Below are positions 26,098 through 32,301 of a stretch of DNA of 32,301 bases, piece after piece. The stretch's first letter is position 1; every line of letters starts with the position of its first letter. Source of the stretch: an uncultured Clostridia bacterium (lineage in GTDB: Bacteria > Bacillota > Clostridia > Christensenellales > UBA1242). A program made the position numbers and the translations under genes. The DNA lies in assembly GCA_934771675.1 (NCBI GenBank), contig CAKVMF010000002.1, positions 1-32,301 on the forward strand, read 5' to 3'. The notes under the pieces are model-generated. The model had not been told where the DNA came from, did not search any database, and was given only the letters and a program-made list of their open reading frames with translations.

Positions 26098-28452
26098 TTA
26101 ACCATTAAATGTGTTTGCACTTGAAGAAACGCCTTTGCCACTGATTAATGCAGTAAGTTTTGCATTAACATCCATAACTTTTGCAAGAGCACTTGAAACA
26201 CTTGTTTCTTTTTCAGAAAGTGTGTTGACAACAAAGCTGAAAATATTTCCGCTTCTGTCAATCATTGAAACAAGATAGTTTGCTCCTGAAAGAGTTAAGT
26301 TTTTAACATCTTCATAATTTTTAAGTTCAAGAGTTTTTGTTGTTAAATTGAAAATAGCAACAACTCCCTCACTGTCAAGTTCGTTTGCAATAGCACTAAA
26401 CTTAACATTTGTTCCGTTGATGATTTGATAGTTTGAATTGTTAACATCAACAACTGTTCCATCAACATCAAGTGATACAACTGTTTCATTTGTGTTTTCA
26501 TAGCAAATTGTGTAAGTTACGCTTTCATTATAAGCATTTGTTTCTGTGATTTCATATCTTCCAGATTTGCTTAACATTTTTGAAAGTTTTGTGTTGTATG
26601 CAAGATTAATAATTTCGCCAGTTGCAACATTTTTTGCAACAATGGTCTTGCTTTCATAATCTCCAACTTTAACAAATTTAAAGTTGCCATCAATAATGTC
26701 ATTTTGAGCAAGCATCTTTCCAAGTTCAAGAGCTGTTGTCATGTAAACATCTCTGTCAAAATTGAGTTCTTCAACTTTGATTGTGCTTGAAAGCATCTCT
26801 TCATTAACATAAAAATCTGTTAATCCTTTGATGAAATATTGCTCTGTAACTTTTGTTTTAACAACTTCGTTCATTGCATTTGTGAGAGCGATGTCTGTTG
26901 TGTAAGTCACACCATTATAAACATATGCTCCCTTTGAACCTGAAACGTATTTCTTTTCAAGCTCAAAAGCAAATTGATAAGCCAAGTATTTGCTGTCTTT
27001 GTCAAAGCAAATATGTGCAATTTTGCCACTTGGCATTGTGTAAGCGACTTCAAGATGTTTTGTTTCATAGTCGCTCATAACAAGGTTTCCTGTGATGTTT
27101 GTAAGGTTGATGCTTGGTGCACTTGATTCATTTGAAACAATGAATGCAAAATCGTAATGATAAGTTGTGCCTGCAAGTTTTTCATCACCATTAACAAGTG
27201 AAACCATATAAACGCCTTCTTGATTTAATGTGAAGGTTTGTGCTGACTCTGAAGGGTCAACTGTTGTAACAAAACCTGTTGAATTGTTTTTAATTGTTCC
27301 CCTGAGTGCTGGAACATATGAACCTGCACCATTCAAACGAAGTTTAACACCAACTTGATATGTTGGGAGTGCTTGGCTCAAATCTGCAATTCTTTGACCT
27401 TCAAAAATTGAATTTCCAAAGTATGTTGCAAATCCTTTGTCATACTCTCCGCCTTTGAAAACATAAACTGAACGTTTTGCTTCATCGCCGAATAAACTTT
27501 TAACAGAAACTTCATACTTTCCGTCATCAGTAAATTCCATACCATCGCAAATGTTTTCAATCTTGTTTCCATCCTTTTTCACTTCAACAGTGTAACTTTT
27601 GTTTCCAAGATAATTCATTTGGAACCCTTGAGTTGTAACAGATCCATCTTGCAAATTATCTCCTTTTTTGATCAAATCAATTTGAGATTCTTCGTTGCTG
27701 TAAGATGAATAATCTTTTTCAACCAAATCCAAAAGTTGGATGTCACAAGTATTTCTTCCTATAAAGATTTGGTAAGTTTCCAAACAGTTCTTATATTCTG
27801 TTTTCCTTTCCTTTCTTTTAAATATCCACCAACCACGTGTTTCCCACCACTCTCTATAAATTTCATATGCCACTGAAATATTATAGTAACAGCCTTGGTT
27901 GATATCTTCACCATTGACGGAAGTGTAGTCAAATGATGAATTACTATTAAACACGTTACCGCTTCTAATTAAGGTTGTCCAATTACTTTCTGAAAGATTT
28001 TTCTTTTGAACAATAATTGCACCTTTGCCAATGCTAGATCCGTTGAGTGAAATGCCATTTACAGAAGTAGCTGAATCGCTGCTAAGATTCCAAACGCTAC
28101 TATTGATACCAGACTTGTTGTAGTTAAGTTTGTAAGTAAATGAAATTTGTTCACTTGGATCGCTTGAATAGGCTTTTGCACCACCATAGGTTCCCTGGTC
28201 TCTAACCCCAGCTACACTAAGTGAGCCTATTGAACTTGCCCCAAAGGACATGCTGTTCGCCTGCGCTTTTGATGGATAGTATCCAACGTTGTCCGCCATT
28301 TGATATGTTCCACTTGATGGAACAGTGTAGGTTTGTGCACTTGCCTTGTCTGCTTTGTTTCCGCCAAAGTTAACAATACTAAAAATTGAAACAAGAAGCA
28401 CAAAAACCAATGAAAATGGCACTATTCTTTTAAATATACTATTCCTTTTCAT
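26098..28452 (-). CDS. secreted 784-aa protein of unknown function (beta-rich, Asn/Ser/Thr-rich)
   Basis: Signal peptide MKRNSIFKRIVPFSLVFVLLVSIFSIVNFGGNKADKASA|Q. The stop lies 12 nt before the toxin ATG, with a GGGGGA RBS in between. No LPXTG and no motif I recognise. Confidence 0.75.
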   Translation of the reverse strand: MKRNSIFKRIVPFSLVFVLLVSIFSIVNFGGNKADKASAQTYTVPSSGTYQMADNVGYYPSKAQANSMSFGASSIGSLSVAGVRDQGTYGGAKAYSSDPSEQISFTYKLNYNKSGINSSVWNLSSDSATSVNGISLNGSSIGKGAIIVQKKNLSESNWTTLIRSGNVFNSNSSFDYTSVNGEDINQGCYYNISVAYEIYREWWETRGWWIFKRKERKTEYKNCLETYQIFIGRNTCDIQLLDLVEKDYSSYSNEESQIDLIKKGDNLQDGSVTTQGFQMNYLGNKSYTVEVKKDGNKIENICDGMEFTDDGKYEVSVKSLFGDEAKRSVYVFKGGEYDKGFATYFGNSIFEGQRIADLSQALPTYQVGVKLRLNGAGSYVPALRGTIKNNSTGFVTTVDPSESAQTFTLNQEGVYMVSLVNGDEKLAGTTYHYDFAFIVSNESSAPSINLTNITGNLVMSDYETKHLEVAYTMPSGKIAHICFDKDSKYLAYQFAFELEKKYVSGSKGAYVYNGVTYTTDIALTNAMNEVVKTKVTEQYFIKGLTDFYVNEEMLSSTIKVEELNFDRDVYMTTALELGKMLAQNDIIDGNFKFVKVGDYESKTIVAKNVATGEIINLAYNTKLSKMLSKSGRYEITETNAYNESVTYTICYENTNETVVSLDVDGTVVDVNNSNYQIINGTNVKFSAIANELDSEGVVAIFNLTTKTLELKNYEDVKNLTLSGANYLVSMIDRSGNIFSFVVNTLSEKETSVSSALAKVMDVNAKLTALISGKGVSSSANTFNG

Positions 28453-28526
28453 TATTTTTTCTCCTTTTCTGAAATTACCTTTTAATAAATTAACCTCCTT
28501 TTTTTATTTATATTCAATGTCAAGCA

Positions 28527-30776
28527 CTATGCATTTTTGAATTTTATTTTATCAATGCTTGAAACATTAAATATCAAAATAATTTGTGAGTCATCATCAC
28601 GCACTTTGCCATAAACCATGCCGTATGAGTAGTAACAATTCTGGCAAAACTCACTTCTAGTCATATCTATCTCAATTTGAAGCAATGATGAGCAATCTTT
28701 AAATGGCTGATAGCCAAAATCACTAACATTCGCTCCAATGTAAACATTCTGTAAATTTTCACAGCCCGAAAAAGCATAATAGCCGATTTCTTCAACCGAA
28801 TCAGGCAACGAAATTTGAATTAAACTTTTGCAACCCTGAAACGCATTCATATCAATAACCAAAATGCTGTTTGAAAGAGTTACATTTGCGAGCTTTTTGC
28901 AATTTGAAAACATACTTGAACTTAAAACTTCAATATTTGAATTTATCACAGCTGTTTCCAAGTTTAAGCAATTTTCAAAAGCACCTTCACCAATACTGGC
29001 GCAACTTGCTGGTGTTTCAATTTCTTTTAAAGCTTGACAATCATAAAATGCCGATTTTCCAATTTTCTCTAAATTGACACCAAGTGTAATTGTTTCAAGA
29101 GCCAAGCAGCCAGCAAAACACCTGTCACCTATTATTTTAAGACCTTCCAAACCAGAAACATTTGTAAGCACCTTACACTCGAAAAATGCACATGTTCCAA
29201 TTTTTTCAACAACCGTTGGAAGAGAAATCTGCTTAATCACTTCATTAAACGCAAATGCATAACTTCCTATGCTTAAAACTTCTATACCTTCAATTTCAGC
29301 TGGAATAGAAACTGATTCATTTGTGTTTTTGCACTTGATAACTCTTGCCTTGCCATCAATTATTCTGAAAACAAAGTCATCATTTTCAAGCGTGCGATAT
29401 TCTTCACCATCAAACATAAGCGAACTGTCATCAACATAATTGAATACTTTTGAAACTTCTTCAATAGTTCCAAAAACCTTTCCTTGTGATGTTGTGCTTT
29501 GACTTAAAAACTCATCTTTTTTGCACGCAAAATTAACTTCAACAATGTTGAAGCATTTTTCAAAACAACTGTCGTAAAGCATTATTGCTTTTTGTTTTAA
29601 AGCAATGTTTTTCAAGCTTTTACAGTTTGCAAACGCATATTGATAAATTTTTGATGTGTTTTTTAAATCAACAATTTGCAAATTTTCAAGCCCGTTAAAA
29701 GCATATTCAAAAATTGATGTTACATTTTCACCAATGCATATTGTTTCAATTTTTGTACATCCGTCAAATGCATGTGCTGGAATTTCAGATAGGTTTTCAC
29801 CAAGTGAAATTGTTTTCAAACTTCTGCAGTTTGAAAATGCACTCTCACCTATCTCACTCGCACTTGCAAGATTTATATTTTCAAGAGCATAACAATTTAA
29901 AAATGCCTTGCTTTTAATTTTTGTTACATTCCCAGCAAAACTTGCAGCTGTTAAATTGCTGCAATTTGCAAAAGTCTCTTCTTCAATTGCAGTTATATTT
30001 GCTGGCAAAGATATTTCCTTTAAACCTGTCAAATAAAAAGCTCTTGCTCCAACACTTTTTATAGTGTTTGGAAGTTTAATCTCTCCTAGGTTTAAACAAC
30101 TCTCAAATGTTGCTCGTTTAATTTCTTCAATTCCACTTGGAATGTTTATTGAATTTAATCTTTTGCAACCAAAAAAACTTTTTTCACCAATTGAAGTTAT
30201 CGTGTTTGGAAGAACAATCTTTTCAATAGTTCCATTGTTTTCAAACAAATTATCTTTAATTTCAGTTACACCTTCAAGAACTTCAACGGTTATTGCTGTG
30301 TCTAAAATATGCGAAGAATCAACCATTGATTTGTTTTCCAAAACCGAACCAATTTTAACATTTTTTATTGCATCGCATTTTCTAAAAGAATTTTTCCCAA
30401 GAGATGTTATTGAACTTGGCAAAACAACACTTTGAAGATTTGAGCAATTATAAAAAGCCTGTTCCCCAATAACTTCATAACCTTCAGGAACAATGATATT
30501 TTTTATATCGAAATTATTTTTAAAACAATATGTGTCAATACCTTTGATTGCAATACCGTCAATAGTTTTTGGAAATTCAACAGTCACATCTGTTAATATC
30601 GCACCATTGATAACAGCCCTTTCACCATCCATTTTGTAAGAAAAAGTGGTTATTAAAGGCAGGTCCTTGTTGCCATCATCTGAACCAGAACCAGTATTGT
30701 CGTTTGATTTACATCCTATGAAAACAAGCACACAAATTAAAGCAATAATTGAAAAAATAATCTTTTTTAGTTTCAT
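28527..30776 (-). CDS. BspA-type leucine-rich-repeat (LRR_5-like) lipoprotein, 749 aa
   Basis: Lipoprotein signal MKLKKIIFSIIALICVLVFIG|C. There are more than 20 degenerate ~23-aa repeats of the form I.IP..VTSIGE.AF..C..L..I.L. RBS AAAGGAGAG. Confidence 0.8.
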   Translation of the reverse strand: MKLKKIIFSIIALICVLVFIGCKSNDNTGSGSDDGNKDLPLITTFSYKMDGERAVINGAILTDVTVEFPKTIDGIAIKGIDTYCFKNNFDIKNIIVPEGYEVIGEQAFYNCSNLQSVVLPSSITSLGKNSFRKCDAIKNVKIGSVLENKSMVDSSHILDTAITVEVLEGVTEIKDNLFENNGTIEKIVLPNTITSIGEKSFFGCKRLNSINIPSGIEEIKRATFESCLNLGEIKLPNTIKSVGARAFYLTGLKEISLPANITAIEEETFANCSNLTAASFAGNVTKIKSKAFLNCYALENINLASASEIGESAFSNCRSLKTISLGENLSEIPAHAFDGCTKIETICIGENVTSIFEYAFNGLENLQIVDLKNTSKIYQYAFANCKSLKNIALKQKAIMLYDSCFEKCFNIVEVNFACKKDEFLSQSTTSQGKVFGTIEEVSKVFNYVDDSSLMFDGEEYRTLENDDFVFRIIDGKARVIKCKNTNESVSIPAEIEGIEVLSIGSYAFAFNEVIKQISLPTVVEKIGTCAFFECKVLTNVSGLEGLKIIGDRCFAGCLALETITLGVNLEKIGKSAFYDCQALKEIETPASCASIGEGAFENCLNLETAVINSNIEVLSSSMFSNCKKLANVTLSNSILVIDMNAFQGCKSLIQISLPDSVEEIGYYAFSGCENLQNVYIGANVSDFGYQPFKDCSSLLQIEIDMTRSEFCQNCYYSYGMVYGKVRDDDSQIILIFNVSSIDKIKFKNA

Positions 30777-30825
30777 AGTTTATCTCTCCTTTTCATCAAA
30801 GGTTTAATAACACAACACTAAATTC

Positions 30826-30854
30826 AGTTTAACCCATTAAAAAAATTTTGTCAA
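30826..30854 (-). promoter_or_regulatory. candidate promoter of the LRR / 784-aa / toxin / SUKH operon
   Basis: On the minus strand: TTGACA, 17-nt spacer, TAAACT. ~45-nt leader. Confidence 0.45.
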
Positions 30855-30993
30855 TATTTATTTTTAAAAAATTTTTTAAGGCATTTTTCGATATTTTTCG
30901 ACAATTTATTTTATTCAATTTTTATTAAGTTCTTTTGTTAATTTTTTATGTTGCCACCACCAATAAAACAATCATTTCTCTCAAAATAAAAAC

Positions 30994-31023
30994 TTGACGC
31001 ACCAAGCATCATGGTGATATACT
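30994..31023 (+). promoter_or_regulatory. candidate promoter for tRNA-Arg and the PAP2 gene
   Basis: TTGACG, 18-nt spacer, TATACT, with TG at the extended -10 position; ~75 nt upstream of the tRNA. Confidence 0.4.
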
Positions 31024-31102
31024 TTGACTGTTGCAAAATTATTTGAATTTACTTATCATACCAACATTTTCCGCAACAAATTTTACAACACAAACAAAAC
31101 AT

Positions 31103-31179
<77 letters not shown>

Positions 31180-31200
31180 AAAAACACATTGGTGGAACGT

Positions 31201-32088
31201 ATGAAAAAAAATAAGGATTTGATTTTGGCGGGAGCATTTTTTGGAGCATTTTTGATTTTTACAATACTTGTGGCAATGGTTGACAGAAATGCAATTGGAC
31301 CAAATGGATCAATTGTTGGACTCTCTAGCATGAACAAATGGTTCGCAGACATTATTGGTTGCAACATGATGCTTTACAAGGTTACTGACTGGGTCAGCAT
31401 CTTGGCTGTAGTTACCGCTGTGATTTATGCGGTTATTGGCATTATGCAATGGATCAAAAGAAAAAAACTCGCAAAAGTTGACAGCAGCATCTTAATTTTA
31501 GGCGTATTTTATATTGCAATATTTGTAATTTATGTGATGTTCAACCATGTTGTTTTAAACTACCGCCCAGTTCTTATTAATGGCAATTTGGAGCCAAGTT
31601 TTCCATCATCAACAACGCTTATGAGCATAACATTTTTGATGTTTTCAAACTATCAATCTGACAGATTTTTAAAAAACAAAAATCTCAAGCTCACAGCAAA
31701 AATCTCATCTACCCTTTTGATGTTATTTTTGGTTATCGGAAGAGTAATTTCAGGCGTTCACTGGCTTAGCGATATTATTGCTTCTGTTTTACTATCACTT
31801 GCCATTGTGTTTTTGTATTACTATTTATGCAAAGTGTTTGAAGAAAAAAAATCAAAAAAAACTGTTTTGACTGATGGTGAAAGCAACGAGAACCCAATCA
31901 ATGAAGCAAATGAAAACGACAACAATCAAGCCGAACTAAATAAATATCAAATGAATTTTATCAAAACAAAAAATAGCATCGTTCAGGATGCTATTTTTCT
32001 TATGATAAATATTTTAAAGTTTTTACAAATAAAAGGAAAAGCACTAGGATTTAACATTTTACAAAACGACAAAAATAGTTCATCATGA
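31201..32088 (+). CDS. PAP2-family membrane phosphatase; the 3' ~50 codons are doubtful
   Basis: PAP2 motifs: NYRP (KxxxxxxRP-like), PSS (PSGH-like) and GRVISGVHWLSD (SRxxxxxHxxxD). Multiple TM helices. ATG at 31201 with GGTGGA RBS. The tail reads through a terminator-like hairpin and into a repeat unit. Confidence 0.75.
   Translation: MKKNKDLILAGAFFGAFLIFTILVAMVDRNAIGPNGSIVGLSSMNKWFADIIGCNMMLYKVTDWVSILAVVTAVIYAVIGIMQWIKRKKLAKVDSSILILGVFYIAIFVIYVMFNHVVLNYRPVLINGNLEPSFPSSTTLMSITFLMFSNYQSDRFLKNKNLKLTAKISSTLLMLFLVIGRVISGVHWLSDIIASVLLSLAIVFLYYYLCKVFEEKKSKKTVLTDGESNENPINEANENDNNQAELNKYQMNFIKTKNSIVQDAIFLMINILKFLQIKGKALGFNILQNDKNSSS
31972..31998 (+). terminator. terminator-like hairpin inside the 3' end of the PAP2 ORF
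   Basis: AATAGCATC-GTTCAG-GATGCTATT (9-bp stem), running into TTTTT. Confidence 0.45.
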
Positions 32089-32301
32089 TAACCAACATGC
32101 AACCCAAACGGCGAAAATTGAGTAAGTAAGAAGGAATAGAAAAATCCCTAGGCAGGAGTTTACATAGACGTAAATGACTGTCTAGGGATTTTTGAAATTC
32201 TGACGCATCATGATAACAAATGTGCAACCCAAACGGCAAAAACTGTCCGTCAGGCAAAGAATAAAAAAATTTCCAGGCACGATTTTACAAGGACGTAAAT
32301 G
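32084..32301. repeat. two tandem units (~123 nt; the second truncated by the window end) of the same repeat family as 14884-15195
   Basis: CATCATGATAAC..TGCAACCCAAACGGC(G)AAAA starts at 32084 and again at 32207. Hairpin at 32140-32193. The second hairpin arm (TTCCAGGCACGATTTTACAAGGACGTAAATG) runs off the window. Confidence 0.8.
32140..32193. terminator. A-tract/T-tract hairpin of the repeat unit; probable terminator downstream of the PAP2 gene
   Basis: AAAAATCCCTAG pairs with CTAGGGATTTTT. The inner part GCAGGAGTTTACA / TAAATGACTGT is homologous to 15101-15158. Confidence 0.55.

Noticed and set aside
19952-31102. Integrative element, prophage or ICE inserted at a tRNA
   Set aside because: There is no integrase, recombinase, transposase or phage structural gene. 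I found no duplicated tRNA 3'-end (att) sequence. Both tRNAs face the locus with their 5' ends, the opposite of classical tRNA-targeting integration.

Overview
AT-rich, Firmicutes/Bacilli-like chromosomal window read with the standard code; nearly all genes are on the minus strand. Nt 1-19,950 is mostly housekeeping: addA (partial) and addB, a YugP-like Zn peptidase, a YfcE-like phosphoesterase, a class I lysyl-tRNA synthetase, two large orphan membrane proteins (1119 aa and ~421 aa), secA, comFC, a small membrane protein and cdd. An ~11 kb accessory locus lies between tRNA-Gly(CCC) (19878-19951, -) and tRNA-Arg(CCT) (31103-31179, +). It appears to be one operon encoding a BspA-type LRR lipoprotein, a 784-aa secreted orphan protein and a 730-aa polymorphic toxin. 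The toxin has a signal peptide, an unassignable ~300-aa N-terminal domain, a Gly/Ala-rich transmembrane block, a Hint autoprocessing domain and an HNH/EndoVII-like C-terminal module. A translationally coupled SUKH (SMI1/KNR4) immunity gene follows, then five more immunity-like genes arranged as separate promoter-gene-terminator cassettes. Each cassette ends in the same 21-nt palindromic hairpin, and two paralogs share a 201-bp perfectly identical tract inside diverged genes. I see no LXG/T7SS, RHS/YD, two-partner-secretion, phage MuF or integrase component, so the toxin's delivery route is unexplained. This locus is my best candidate for an undescribed system. Separately, a dispersed intergenic repeat family (CCTAACGGCAAAAA core plus a long A-tract/T-tract hairpin) occurs downstream of secA and of the PAP2 gene, supplying their stop codons and terminators. 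All functional calls come from motif recognition by eye; no database search was possible.
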